Assembly: GCA_001662655.1 (NCBI GenBank)
Contig: KV460249.1
Length of the DNA stretch: 64,000 nt
Direction: 5' to 3' (one strand)
Source of the DNA: Pseudogymnoascus verrucosus
Taxonomy: Eukaryota
This document shows positions 25,417-36,880 of the stretch, one piece after another (position 1 is the stretch's first letter; each line of letters opens with the position of its first letter). The translations under genes and the position numbers were made by a program. Below the pieces are notes generated by a model. The model did not search any database, was not told the origin of the DNA, and worked only from the letters and a program-made list of their open reading frames with translations.

Positions 25417-26840
25417 TCATGTCCTGTACCCCTCCCTAGCAAACACCAAAGTTGCATTCGTGCCGCCAAACCCAAACGAGTTCGAGATCGCAACATCAAC
25501 CGACCTATCCTGCGCATGGAGCGGAACATAATTAAACCCCCTATCCGGATCTGGCCGATGCAAATTCAGCGTCGGCGGCACAACTCCCTCCTTAATAGCC
25601 AGCACCGCAAATATCGCCTCCACCGCCCCCGCAGCACCCAAAAGATGCCCTATAGCCCCCTTCGTACTACTCACCGTCACATCCCCCTCCTTCTCCACAC
25701 CCTCCTCCCCAAGCATCAACGTCCCAATCGCCGCCGCCTCCGCAGCATCCCCAATCACCGTCGACGTCGCATGCGCATTCACATACCCCACCTCCCTCGG
25801 CCTCACCCCCGCCGCCCTCAGCGCGCGCCTCATCGCCAGCAGAGCTCCCGCCCCATCCTCCCTCGGCGCAGTCATATGGTACGCATCAGCACTCGACCCA
25901 TATCCCAAGACCTCAGCATATATCTGCGCGCCCCTCGCCCTCGCATGTTCGAGTTCCTCCAACACCATCACGCCCGCGCCCTCACCCATCACGAAGCCGT
26001 CGCGTCCGCTGTCGAAGGGTCGGCTTGCGGTGGAGGGAGTGGAGTTGTAGGTGCTGGAGAGGGAGCGGGAGCGCGCGAAGCCCGCGAGGGCGAGGGGGTG
26101 GATGCAGGATTCGGAACCGCCGGCTACCATGACGGTGGCGTCGCCGAAGGCGATGAAGCGCGCGGCGTCGCCGATGGAGTGCGCGCCTGTGGTGCAGGCG
26201 GTGGAGACGGAGTGGTTGGGGCCGAGGAAGGAGTGGCGCATGGAGATGTGGCCGGCGGCGAGGTTGATGAGGAGTTTGGGGACGAAGAGGGGAGATACTT
26301 TTTTGTAGCCCTGGGGAGTGTGGGTTAGTTTTGATGCTGCTGTATGAATATGAAGAGGGTAAGAGGAGGAGAGGTTGAACTGACCCCTTTGTGGTAGGTG
26401 ATGGAAGTGTCGTATATCTCTTCGAAGTTACCAATCCCACTCCCTAGACAGACACCCGTATCCTGAGCTCCAATACTCCCAGGCTTAGGATTCCACCCTG
26501 CATCAGCGAGGGCCATATCCGAAGCCGCGATGGCGTACTGAGTGTACTTCGCCATCCGCCGCTGGTCCGCTCCAGAGACCCATTCGTCCGCGTTCCAGAG
26601 CAGGTCTTTCAAAGGCGCTTTACCCTCGGAGGTCTCATCTTTCGGCACAGGCTCTGTGAAACTCTGTCTGGACTCCGTGGGCACAAGCCCCGCGACCCTG
26701 CTCGGGATAGCCTTGTATTCCTCAGAGTCGGGCGTGGCAACAAGTCCGCTCTTCCCAGCAATTATTCCTCGCCATGTCCGCGATATGGAAGCGCCGAGTG
26801 GCGTTACGGCGCCAAGGCCGGTGATTACAACGCGGCGCAT
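25417..26840 (-). CDS. CEM1: Mitochondrial type II 3-oxoacyl-ACP synthase; one intron at ~26312-26384
   Basis: [10 protein letters not shown], catalytic Cys in TACTTG, His in NAHATST and GHLLGAAG, and C-terminal [11 protein letters not shown]. Confidence 0.95.
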
Positions 26841-27175
26841 CGGATGATCATCGAATTCTTGCACTGAGGCTCACTCGTTCTGCGAGCGGAAGCCTACACA
26901 GCGCGGTGGTTGATATCACTTTGGGGTTTTCGTGGATGACATAAATTGGAGGCGAGGCTGAGATGCAAGGCTCGGCACTAGCCGCCACCGGCAATGGGTG
27001 GAAACCGTCACAATAATCAGGGTATGGTAAATGAAAGATATAATTCATGAGCATACCGCTCTACTATCATAGTTATGCTCAAAGATATACCCAGTCGTGA
27101 ATCGTGACTACGAAATTTCCACCCCATTTTCGTTAAAAACTCCGTCGCCATGTGCGTGAGCAAACGCCCCGCGTT

Positions 27176-28165
27176 CTATCTATCGCCGCTGCTTTTCATT
27201 TCATTCCACATCCTGTCCACGATCTGAAAGACCTGCGTGACTCCCTGCATCTTTGCCTCATCGACGCCATGTCCACCCAGTTTTTGCTGAATCTTATCCG
27301 GATGCCATCTAACTCTCTCCAACTTTAGCGTCTTCACTAAATCCGCCTGGTCCGGTTTCCCCGCCGTGGGCCCATTCAAGAAAAACGATTCCACCTCATC
27401 CTTCCCCAAATCCTCCACCTTCCCACTCCAAACCGGCCACGGAATCTCCGAATCGCCGCTGGTACTCGCCCGAAACGCCTCCCATAACTCCTGATACGCA
27501 GTCCATTTCTGACTCCACTTCTGCGTCCACCCAGCCTTATCCTTCCTCTCCTTCCCCCTCGCCAAACTCTCCTCGACCTGCCTCTGGAACGCCTCCTCCG
27601 CCGCCCTAGCCTGGTCCCTCTTCGCCTGCTCCTTCTTAGCCTTATCCCTCCTCTCCTTCTCCTCAATCAAATGCTGATGCGTCTTCTTGTACATCTCCGC
27701 ACGTATATGAGCCGCATACTCATCATCCGTCATCGCCTCCAGCTTCCCCGTCTCAACATCCATCTTCACCGGATCGATCTTCGGAATCGGCTGTCCATAC
27801 ACCCCCTCCCAGAACTGCGCCCCCTCATCATCGGCCATGGCATCGAAAAGACTCTCGCGGAACAGCGCATCGGGATCAAGGTATTCCCCAGACGAGGTAT
27901 TGGGGAGTTGCGACTCATCGCGCAGGCTCGGCTCGTCCGGAGGCTCGGATCGCTGACGCTTTGAGCGATGGGTACTCTGGAGATGTCTGTGTCTATCTCT
28001 ATCATGGCCGCGATGATCCGGTTTCCTCTTCGCGGATTTGAATCTAAATCTCGACCGCTGCGTCTTGCCCAGCTCGTCTTCATTCTCCTTGCCCTTCTCC
28101 TCGGCACCATCGCGAGTCTCAGACCTACCCCGCCTGTCGCCGTCGTCGACATCCATAGGCTCCAT
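27176..28165 (-). CDS. NF-kappa-B inhibitor-like protein 1 (NFKBIL1)-like fungal protein with a C-terminal HPD-containing J-like segment
   Basis: FRESLFDAMADDEGAQFWEGVYGQP, a coiled coil, IPWPV and ERVRWHPDK. Confidence 0.7.
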   Translation of the reverse strand: MEPMDVDDGDRRGRSETRDGAEEKGKENEDELGKTQRSRFRFKSAKRKPDHRGHDRDRHRHLQSTHRSKRQRSEPPDEPSLRDESQLPNTSSGEYLDPDALFRESLFDAMADDEGAQFWEGVYGQPIPKIDPVKMDVETGKLEAMTDDEYAAHIRAEMYKKTHQHLIEEKERRDKAKKEQAKRDQARAAEEAFQRQVEESLARGKERKDKAGWTQKWSQKWTAYQELWEAFRASTSGDSEIPWPVWSGKVEDLGKDEVESFFLNGPTAGKPDQADLVKTLKLERVRWHPDKIQQKLGGHGVDEAKMQGVTQVFQIVDRMWNEMKSSGDR

Positions 28166-28493
28166 GCTTGTGTCGCGGCTGGCTTGCAGCTCGCCCGTGA
28201 TTGTTTAGTTGGTGCTCGTACTGCACATCATCGCAAGGACTGCCGATAATGATTCAGTAGGGCTGCTGAATTGCGAGTGAAGCTGTGACTTGGGTAGCTG
28301 TTGTGGAGTCAACGCAAGGGAGGGGTTGTCGGTGTTTCGCCATCCTAGATCCCCGTTTCTTATCGATAACACTAGCGTAATCGCCAACTTAATGTCCAGC
28401 CATCCCAGAGGACTGAATGCGACAAGACATTATCCACCTACAATTCTACCACCGAGGGACCTGTAACAACAGTGCCTTCAATTTACTTTCACA

Positions 28494-29729
28494 ATGAGTG
28501 GCAATGGCCTTTCCTACGGCCTAAACATCACAAAGAAGGCGAAGCCGATAGGTTTCCGCCCCCCACCCGGGAAGAGGAAACCCATCTTCGACTCTGATGG
28601 CGACTCCGGCGACGACGACACCAGCAAAGGCGGCGCCGCCGAAGAAATCGGCGAATTCGGCGGCCTCGACCTCCCCTCCAGCAAACCCTCCACAAGCAAG
28701 CCCTCCAAACCCTTATCTAAACCCTCCAGCAAACCGAATCCCTTCTCCAAACCCCCCACCGGCGCCAAACCAAAGTCCAACACTCCCCAATCCCTCTACG
28801 GCGACCTCTCCACCTCCTTCAGCTCCTCCAAACACGCCGCTACCGCCGAATCCATAGACTCAAGCATCTATGACTACGATGCCGTCTACGACTCTCTCAA
28901 GCCCGTCAAGCAGGTGACGGAAGCCGACAAGGAGCGAAAGCCCAAATACATGACCTCCCTCCTCGCCGCCGCCGCGGTGCGCAAGCGCGATGCTACGATA
29001 GCGGAGGAGCGAAAGCTGGCGAAGGAGAGAGAGGCGGAGGGGGAGGAGTACGCGGATAAGGAGAAGTTCGTGACGGAGGCGTATAAGAAGCAGCAGGCTG
29101 CTAATCGGATCGCTGAAGCCGAGGAGAAAGAACGGGAAGAGAGGGAAGCTAAGGAAAACAAAAACACTGGGTTTACGGGGTTTTATAAGGATCTGCTGGA
29201 GAAAGATGAGAAGAGACATGCCGAGATTGTGAAGGCTGCCGAGGAGCGCGGGAAGGCTGGCCCGGAAGCGAAGGTGGAAGAGGAAGAAGGGGGGGAGAAA
29301 TCGGAGGCACAGATTGCGAAGGAGATAAACGAGAAGAAATCCGGCGCCATCGCCGTCAACGACGAAGGCCAAGTCGTGGATAAACGCCAACTCCTCAAAG
29401 GCGGCCTCAACATAATCCCCAAAGCCAAGCCCGCCGCTCCCGCGCCCCGGCACAACCGCGACGCGATGGCTGATAGGCGCGGCGCGGCGTTTGTGGGCAC
29501 GGGAGGAGGGAAGCAGGCTATGAGGGAGAGGCAGACGAGGATGATGGAGGCGCAGTTGGAGGAGGCGACGAAGAGGGCGAGGGAGGAGGAGGAGGAGGAG
29601 AGGGAGAAGGTGGAGAGGGCTAGTAAGAGTCGGAAGACGGAGGGGGAGATTATGGGTGCTAAGGAGAGGTATTTGTTGAGGAAGAAGGAGGCGGAGGAGG
29701 CGAAGAGGAGGGAGGCTGAGGGGAAGTGA
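28494..29729 (+). CDS. Nuclear speckle splicing regulator NSRP1/CCDC55 (DUF2040)-like protein
   Basis: SIYDYDAVYD, RKPKYM, EREAEGEEYADKEKFVTEAYK and C-terminal AKERYL; single exon. Confidence 0.85.
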   Translation: MSGNGLSYGLNITKKAKPIGFRPPPGKRKPIFDSDGDSGDDDTSKGGAAEEIGEFGGLDLPSSKPSTSKPSKPLSKPSSKPNPFSKPPTGAKPKSNTPQSLYGDLSTSFSSSKHAATAESIDSSIYDYDAVYDSLKPVKQVTEADKERKPKYMTSLLAAAAVRKRDATIAEERKLAKEREAEGEEYADKEKFVTEAYKKQQAANRIAEAEEKEREEREAKENKNTGFTGFYKDLLEKDEKRHAEIVKAAEERGKAGPEAKVEEEEGGEKSEAQIAKEINEKKSGAIAVNDEGQVVDKRQLLKGGLNIIPKAKPAAPAPRHNRDAMADRRGAAFVGTGGGKQAMRERQTRMMEAQLEEATKRAREEEEEEREKVERASKSRKTEGEIMGAKERYLLRKKEAEEAKRREAEGK

Positions 29730-30131
29730 GGGGAATATGTAAATTATTTGGTTATAAGAATAAGCATGCAATATATCAGACCGCTACAAAACATAACACT
29801 ACCATTTGGCCCATATGGATTACTCTCTCAAGCACTGAAAACTTACAAGTTGACCAAAAAAACATGCATCTCCTATCCTCGGTGTCACCACATTCCAGCA
29901 AAGTTACACACAACAAGCGGCTCATGTCGTTAAAACTATTCGCTATGGTAATACTACCTACCGCTGAAACATCCGCAAAACAAACGTTATCCTGTACGCC
30001 CACGCCATCATCCGACTTTTCGTAACACATGCATGCAATGCTTCATTCTTCTCCCCCTCTCCCTCCAATCCCCTTATCCCCAACTCCTTTAACCACCTTA
30101 ACCATCCCCGACTCCTTCGCCCCCTCGCGCC

Positions 30132-31760
30132 CTACTGCGCCGTCAAAGCATTACTCATCGCCAAAACACTCATCCCCAAAAACGCACACCCAATACACAA
30201 CTCCTTCCTATGACACATCCCCAACCCCTCCACAAAAAGCTGCAACGCCACACTCGTCATAATCCCCGCCGTAACCGCAAACATGCATCCATACACCGCG
30301 AACCCCGGACCCCCCACCCCACCCTCATGACCGCGATCCTCGTGCTTGGCGAGTTTAAACCACAATGCTGCGATCCCGGCGCCTAGGGGTTGACTCACGC
30401 CGCCGAGGATGGAACTCCAGCACATTGCTTTTGTGCGGGAGCCGAGGGCGAGGTAGAGGGGTAGGGCCATGGCGAAGCCTTCGGTGATGTTGTGGGTGAA
30501 GAGGGCCATGAAGACTGAGAATCCCAGGGCGGGGGATGCGTGGTTCGTGGCGTAGGTGATGAAGCCTTCGGGAAGCTTGTGGAGGGCGATCGCGATACTG
30601 GTTTGGAGACCGATATTCAGGAATGCGTTTTCGGGAACGTGGTGGTGGTGCGCGGCTTCTTGTTCCGCTTCGTCGTCGGAACAGGTGGAGTCGGTGAGGC
30701 ACGCGCCGTCGAGGTCATGGTCGTGATCGTGCACGGAACCGCAGCTGCTGGAGACGTGGTGGAGTTCGGTGGTTTGAGACTCGATGTCCTCTCCCTCGTG
30801 TCGGCGGAGGGAGCGCACGCGTCGCAGGGTTGGGGGGCGAGAGTGCGAATGACTCCTCATAGCTAGGAATTGCTTGAAGCATTCCTGACCGCATGGTTCG
30901 GAGTACCCGAAGCATGGCCCCAGTTCATCGCAGTTCGCCTTGTTATCGCGCACGAAAGACATGACGCGGTTCTGGACCTGTACCATAGACGGGCGCCGCG
31001 AGGACTCAGTGAGAGTATGTTGGTCGGATGGGGGTTGGGAGGGCGTGAGAGAGGGGCCGCCGTCCGTCGGGAAAGGGTGGCCGGGTCTCGCGCGGACGGA
31101 ATCCCCGTTTAGGAGGGGGGTTGATTCGGTGTCCTTGGCCACGCCGAGGGTCGGGGATCGTGGCGGGCCGTGGGAGTGCCGACGACTGCGGGGATGGGGG
31201 ACGTGGGGTTGGGGGTGCGCGTGCGTATGCTTTCGAGCATGCTGGTGGCCACGATGTTTTATGGTTTCGTCGTGGCGGTGATCGCAGTCGACGACTTGGG
31301 AAGGGATGTAGTGGTGGAGGAACCGCGAGATGATTTGGATGCCGATGAATCCGAGGATGAAGAAAACGAGGAGCAACCAGGACGCCTTTGCTGGGGACAT
31401 CTCGGCTTTTTCTAGGTACTTTTTTGAGGATGGCAGCATGCTGTATAGCGCGGAGAAGATCTAATGTCGTTAGCACGGTCTAGAGCGTCGAAGCGGGGAG
31501 TTATTACCATGACGCCAAAGCTCAGACTCATTGAGCATGCGAGAAAGAGACTGCTGTCCTGTATGCTGAAGTCCTTCCATCTGGGTACGCGGCGCAGAAG
31601 AAGGTCAATGCAGATGATACTTGAGCCGACAACGCAGGCTGGGTGGATTGTTAGCTATCTATACTATGTTTGCCGGAAGAAAGGACGAGCTTTACATACC
31701 TATGCCGCTGGCAATGGTCATAATCCATCCCCGGACATCGTTGTCCAGTGGGGTCCGCAT
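30132..31760 (-). CDS. ZIP-family zinc transporter (Zrt3-like), multi-exon
   Basis: Starts MRTPLDNDVRGWIMTIASG. Contains SLSFG, a His-rich loop, TM4 IALHKLPEG, TM5 HNITEG and SQPLGA. Confidence 0.9.
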
Positions 31761-32590
31761 CTTGCCGCCTCCACTCCCCAGAAGCGCAATGCTTCAACTG
31801 CGAACTCGAAACGCGTATCAAGCCGTGTTGAGCGTATTTTCCACGATTTCAACGGATGCTGAGGGTAGTTCTGAGAGATGGTGGATGTCTGCGCCCGTAT
31901 ATACTTTCTGACGGTGGCGGGTTCTGATATCTCGTCTTCGAAGCGTAATAGAAGAATTTATATACTTCTCTATCGGTGTCGCAAAACAACAAAGCCGCCG
32001 AGACGCAGACTCCCTTCGGTGGGTGTGACGATGGAAGACTGAAAGGCCGCCTTACAAATAGACAAATATGCCGTTCCCCCCCACGCTACCCCTCAAGGTG
32101 TCAGGGTGTGTGTCTTTGTCTTATGATTACTCGTACAGCACAGGGCCGACCTGGGGCATATGAGCATATATTCGGGCCTGCAGCCAAGTGATGAGAGTGA
32201 GACAGGGAGCACAGGATGAGGGTAGGCACATACACTGGATACAGAATGTATACAATGAAAACAATGACAATGAAAAAACACAGACACAAAGATGCTGTGT
32301 AAGCAAGAATTGGGTGAGCAAGTAAGTTTTCTAGATTGGTCTCTGCCCGCCTGTCCGCCTTGGTAGGCTCTACTCAGGGTAACTAGTGTGAACGAATGCC
32401 AATCTTGTTGAACGTCATCACGTTACTTGGATAGTTTTTTAGTGGTTTTTTAGTGGTTGGTTAGAGATGAGTTAGTGGTCGTCAAAGAAGGTTAGAGGAG
32501 GTTAGTGGGATGTGGAATGTAGCTAGCCTAAAAGAGGAAGGCGTTGATCCCTCAAGGTAGCGGTTTACTACCAACTTCGCGTACTTGAGG

Positions 32591-32622
32591 TAGCATTTAC
32601 TAGCATTTACTAGCATTTACTA
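32591..32622. repeat. Tandem repeat (TAGCATTTAC)x3
   Basis: Three perfect 10-bp copies read directly from the sequence. Confidence 0.9.
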
Positions 32623-33165
32623 TAGTAACACACACAAAAGACCCCGGTCTACCCCGACCGACTAGCCGACACCTGGATGGGTTGGGGATCACGTGAGTTA
32701 GAGACCTACTCGACCACGCGGGATCGCCCGACCGTCTCCTTACCATTTCCCTAACCGTACGGTCACCAGCACGGCCTTTCCCCCTCTAGCCTCACCATAA
32801 CACGCCTACAACACGTTCCACCCCACGCTACACGCTACCCGGTTCCTCCCCTCGCGCTCTCCACCAAAAAAAAAAGTTCACGCGCGTCTACCTCCCCTGC
32901 ACTAAACCCCTAAGCCTGACCCTGCATTTGATCACCCGCGACACCAGCCTGCTCCTCAACGACCAACACATAAGAGTAGCCAGCCAGAAGATCAGCGCGT
33001 GCCTGTGTGCGCCAACAACCCTCGAACGGCACCAACACGATACGACGACAAATCTGTCTACCTGACTGACTATCCGGGGCTCCGTGACTGCCTCTGCCTC
33101 TTCACTCTTGACTCCCATATATATATCCAGCACCTCCCAGACCCGGCGCCTCGCCCTCTTTCAAG

Positions 33166-34197
33166 ATGTCAAAAACTACATTCGCAATCATAGCTGCCGT
33201 CAGCGCTGCCACCGGAGCCGCCGTCACAGCAGCGAGCATGTCCCTCGCAAGCCCCACCACCAAGAAAACCAAACCAACCCCACCAACACTCTCAACACCT
33301 CCCTCTCCCACCGCATCCGCGACCCTCCCAGCACCCGTCCCCTTCCCCGGCGCCCTCGCCATCACCGCCCCAGTCGACCCAGCCGGGCTCTTCCAATACG
33401 GTTTCCCCGGCCCCGTCGCCGACCTCGCAACCCGCAACTCCCTGATCTCCTCCTTCGACCGCCGCACCAAGAATCCATTCTGGGTAGCTGAGCACATCAC
33501 CCCCGCCTCGCTCGCGAGCCGCGAAGGCGACCGCAAAGGCTCCGTCTTCCTGGAGGATCCCGACGTGCCCGAGAAGTTCCGCGGGAAGCTGAAGGATTAC
33601 TTCCGCTCCGGCTATGATCGGGGTCACCAGGTGCCGGCAGCGGATGCGAAGTGGTCGCAGGAGGCGATGAATGATACTTTCTACCTGACGAACATGTGTC
33701 CGCAGGTCGGCGAGGGATTTAATAGAGATTACTGGGCGCATTTTGAGGATTTCTGCCGCCGTCTGACTACCCGCTACCCGTCTGTCCGTGTCGTTACGGG
33801 GCCGCTTTACCTCCCGAAACGCGATGCGGATGGGAAATGGCGCGTCTCGTATGAGGTCATCGGGAATCCACCTAACATCGCTGTTCCCACGCATTTCTAC
33901 AAAGTCATCTTCGCTGAAGACGGAAAAGTCGGCGGACAAGTAGCCGTGGGTGCCTTCGTTCTCCCGAACGCGAGGATCCCTAACGATAAGCCCCTATCTG
34001 AATTCGAAGTCCCCGTGGAAGCGGTGGAGAGAGCGAGTGGACTGGAATTTGCGACCAAGTTGCCGGTGCAGAGGAGGAAGAGACTTTGTGTTGATACGGC
34101 GTGCTCGTTGGTTATTAAGGAGTATGCGCAGAGGCAGCAGGCGTTTGTGAAGGAGGAGAGGAAACAGGTTTCTGCGCCTGGGTCGCCGAGGATTTAA
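33166..34197 (+). CDS. NUC1: Mitochondrial DNA/RNA non-specific endonuclease (EndoG)
   Basis: YGFPGP, SGYDRGHQVPAAD (DRGH active site), TFYLTNMCPQVGEGFNRDYW and VPTHFYK. Confidence 0.97.
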   Translation: MSKTTFAIIAAVSAATGAAVTAASMSLASPTTKKTKPTPPTLSTPPSPTASATLPAPVPFPGALAITAPVDPAGLFQYGFPGPVADLATRNSLISSFDRRTKNPFWVAEHITPASLASREGDRKGSVFLEDPDVPEKFRGKLKDYFRSGYDRGHQVPAADAKWSQEAMNDTFYLTNMCPQVGEGFNRDYWAHFEDFCRRLTTRYPSVRVVTGPLYLPKRDADGKWRVSYEVIGNPPNIAVPTHFYKVIFAEDGKVGGQVAVGAFVLPNARIPNDKPLSEFEVPVEAVERASGLEFATKLPVQRRKRLCVDTACSLVIKEYAQRQQAFVKEERKQVSAPGSPRI

Positions 34198-34816
34198 TTG
34201 GATGATATTATGGATACAAGAGCCGTCGAGAGGATGGTTTGCATGGCGCGGCGTTGTTCAGACAGGAAGACAGACAGCTGGGTGATTTCCCAGTTTGTTG
34301 GTGGGGAGGTCTTTTGCGCATAGTACACAGGGAAGGGCGTCGTTTGCATTATACACACTTGCTAGAACCTACGCTTTCAGAAGCATATTTTCTTAGTCTC
34401 TTATTATCATGTACACTCTAGATTAGAAATAACCCTTATATACCAATACAGCGCTTTCAAAGTTAAAATTTACAGGTATCTCTTTTCCGAACACTTTTGT
34501 TCCTTCTTTTCTCTCACTTTCCTCTTCTCTTTCAGATCTCTTTCTCTTCCCCCTTCTCTTTCAGGTGGCGAAACTTTCAAGCAGAGCCGCATGACAAGCA
34601 CGTTGCGTTCCTGCATGACTCAACGCGTCACGATCTGCCATCTCACCAGGTCAGGGGGCAGACCCTGCGCCCACCACCCAGGCTTCCAAACCCGTGACCT
34701 CCCACCACTCACCACCCTTCTCATCCCGTGACCATCTATAAATACCCTCTCCCACCCCTCCCATTCCAGAATACTTCCTCATCCCATCCCACAGTACTCC
34801 CCATCCCATCCCAAAC

Positions 34817-36880
34817 TTACAACCTCCCCTCCCTCCCCTGCAACGCACCGCTCATCATCACCTCCTCCCTCCTCCCCCTCCCTCCCATAACCATCTCCCG
34901 TCCCCCCCTCGTACACCACCACTCCACACAAACACCCCCCCTCTCAACATCCATCTCCCCCCCCTCCAGCGCCTCCCAAAACCGTTCCTGACACACCCTC
35001 CTCATCCCCCCCTCCTCTGCCACCTGTCTCACTGCACCAGCAGCAAGGGGTAACCACTCCCTCAGCGCATGAGGGGCGAGGGAACTCAACGCATCTAGTA
35101 GCGCGAGCGTGAGGGCTGCTTGCTCCGTCAACGGCACCTCCGGGGCTGCCATACCATCTGGCCCTGCCTCTGCGGGGGGGGCTTGCGGTAATAACGCTGT
35201 CGAGGCGTGTAGAGCGCGGAAACGGAGGAGTTCGAGTAGCGTATCTGGTAAATCCGGATGCGACGCCGCCAGCGGGTTCGGGGGCGTAGTAACCTCCAGC
35301 AGACTCTTAAACGCGAGTCTGAATTGTCTAGCGGACAGATTCGAGGGGAATGAAGCGAGGAGCGCGGTTGCGTAGGGGGGGATTGCTGACGCGGCGAGTA
35401 GGGCGTTGGAGGGTGCGGTGAGGACGGAGAGGGTGAGGGAGTGTGCTGCTTCGAAGAGGGGGAGGAGGGGGGGAGAGGGGGTGCTGGCGAGGTAGGGTGT
35501 GCATGCTTGTAGCAGCGCGGCGTTGGAGGCGGGGGAGAGGATGAGGGGGAAGTGCTCGGCGGTGTTGAGGTAGTAGAGGTCTAGATTCCTATCCAGTGGG
35601 TGCGCGGGGATAGCCCCAGGATGTGAGGGCCGGATGGATTCGAGGAAGATTGTGGCGTGGCGCGGGTAGCGCGCTAGGATGTCGATGGAAGTTAAAGAGA
35701 CGAAGGTGTATGCGGTGAAAGAGGCGGTGCCGAGACGCGAACTGATGAAGTAGAGGGAGCGGAGGGTGTGGAGGGAGGAGGAGGAGAGGGAGGCGGCGTG
35801 GGCGTCGGTTGCGAGGAGGGGGTCGATGAGGATGCGGCCGAGGACGGAGCGGAGGATCACGACTGTGGCGAACATGGCGGATTTGAGGAGCTGGAAGAGG
35901 GCTGGGAAGGTTGTTTGGGAGGTTGCGGGGGTGAGGTGGGTGGAGAGGTCGCTGGGGTCGATGGTGGAGAGTTTGTTGTGGCGCCATTGGAGGAGGAGTT
36001 CTTGGGAGAACTTTTGGAGTTGCTCGACTAGGTGGAGGATGCTGGGTTTGGGGGCTTGGAGGTGCTCGACTGTGTATGCGACGAGTCGAGAGAAGGGGCC
36101 CATGGATGAGACGAGGGGTCTGGAGGAGACGTCCTTTAGATATAGGAATCCGCGCGAGGACGGCGACCAGTCCAGTTTATTGTCTGGCGTAACCTGCACA
36201 TCGGCATCGATAGCACCCACAAACTGCCCCATCTCATACCCCGACGGTCCCACCATCGCTCCCACAGCAATGGGTAAGAGAAGGTCAAACCTAATCTCCC
36301 TCTTCGCCTGCTCAGACAGCAAATCAAACGTATGATTCAGCGCCAACAGCGTCGCTTCCCCCCCAACAAAGAACCCCTCCTTCGGATCCTCCATCGCCAG
36401 ATTCGCAGCCATTATCAACGCCCCCTCCAGCGACATCCTCAATCCCCTCGACAACCCTCGCCTCCCCTGGCCCCCCATCCCCAGTAACACTCCAGCAATC
36501 GCAAGAACATGTCTCCACCGCGGCGACTTATCATCCGCCCCCTTCACCACCGCCGTCGCCCACTCATCTGGCCCCAGCCCGCCGCCGCGCCTCGGATAGC
36601 CAAGTAGATTCGAGTCATTGGACTGCGCTTGCTTCAGCACTGTGATCGCGGCGGTGTTATAGATGCTTATAATGCGCAGACACGTCTGCAGGTCCAGCGC
36701 ATGCGTCGCCCATATCGCTGGCGCGGCGAGCAGTTGCGAGGTCAGGAGCGTGATATTAAGCGGGTTCGTGAGTGTCGTGAGGAGGGAGGTTGTGGAGCCG
36801 AGAATCTTGCTGGTGAGTGCTGGGTCGGGGAGTTTTTGGTACGCTCCGAGGACGGTGGTGAGCATGCGATCTGAAGACAT
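34817..36880 (-). CDS. PEX8: Peroxin Pex8 (Yarrowia Pex17-like)
   Basis: MSSDRMLTTVL..LTNPLNITLLTSQLLAAPAIW, ADDKSPRWRH, LFEAAHS, SARQFRLAF and EWW near the C-terminus. It ends in the PTS1-like tripeptide GRL. Confidence 0.85.
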   Translation of the reverse strand: MSSDRMLTTVLGAYQKLPDPALTSKILGSTTSLLTTLTNPLNITLLTSQLLAAPAIWATHALDLQTCLRIISIYNTAAITVLKQAQSNDSNLLGYPRRGGGLGPDEWATAVVKGADDKSPRWRHVLAIAGVLLGMGGQGRRGLSRGLRMSLEGALIMAANLAMEDPKEGFFVGGEATLLALNHTFDLLSEQAKREIRFDLLLPIAVGAMVGPSGYEMGQFVGAIDADVQVTPDNKLDWSPSSRGFLYLKDVSSRPLVSSMGPFSRLVAYTVEHLQAPKPSILHLVEQLQKFSQELLLQWRHNKLSTIDPSDLSTHLTPATSQTTFPALFQLLKSAMFATVVILRSVLGRILIDPLLATDAHAASLSSSSLHTLRSLYFISSRLGTASFTAYTFVSLTSIDILARYPRHATIFLESIRPSHPGAIPAHPLDRNLDLYYLNTAEHFPLILSPASNAALLQACTPYLASTPSPPLLPLFEAAHSLTLSVLTAPSNALLAASAIPPYATALLASFPSNLSARQFRLAFKSLLEVTTPPNPLAASHPDLPDTLLELLRFRALHASTALLPQAPPAEAGPDGMAAPEVPLTEQAALTLALLDALSSLAPHALREWLPLAAGAVRQVAEEGGMRRVCQERFWEALEGGEMDVERGGVCVEWWCTRGGREMVMGGRGRREEVMMSGALQGREGRL

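Noticed and set aside
26841..26870. Missing mitochondrial presequence or hidden upstream exon in CEM1
   Set aside because: Fungal Cem1 proteins normally begin at (M)RRVV, and an in-frame TGA lies just upstream.
28860..29771. Long antisense or alternative-frame ORFs here and over CEM1, ZIP, lectin, PFS2 and ECM14
   Set aside because: These are shadow ORFs explained by GC-rich, skewed codon usage of the real genes.
34425..34700. Telomerase RNA, RNase MRP or SRP RNA
   Set aside because: TAACCCTTA is not a 1.5-repeat template and the gap is too short. GAAAGTTTC resembles the MRP P4 strand, but the downstream sequence is a low-complexity purine tract. CCAGGTC..GGCAG lacks the SRP helix-8 tetraloop.
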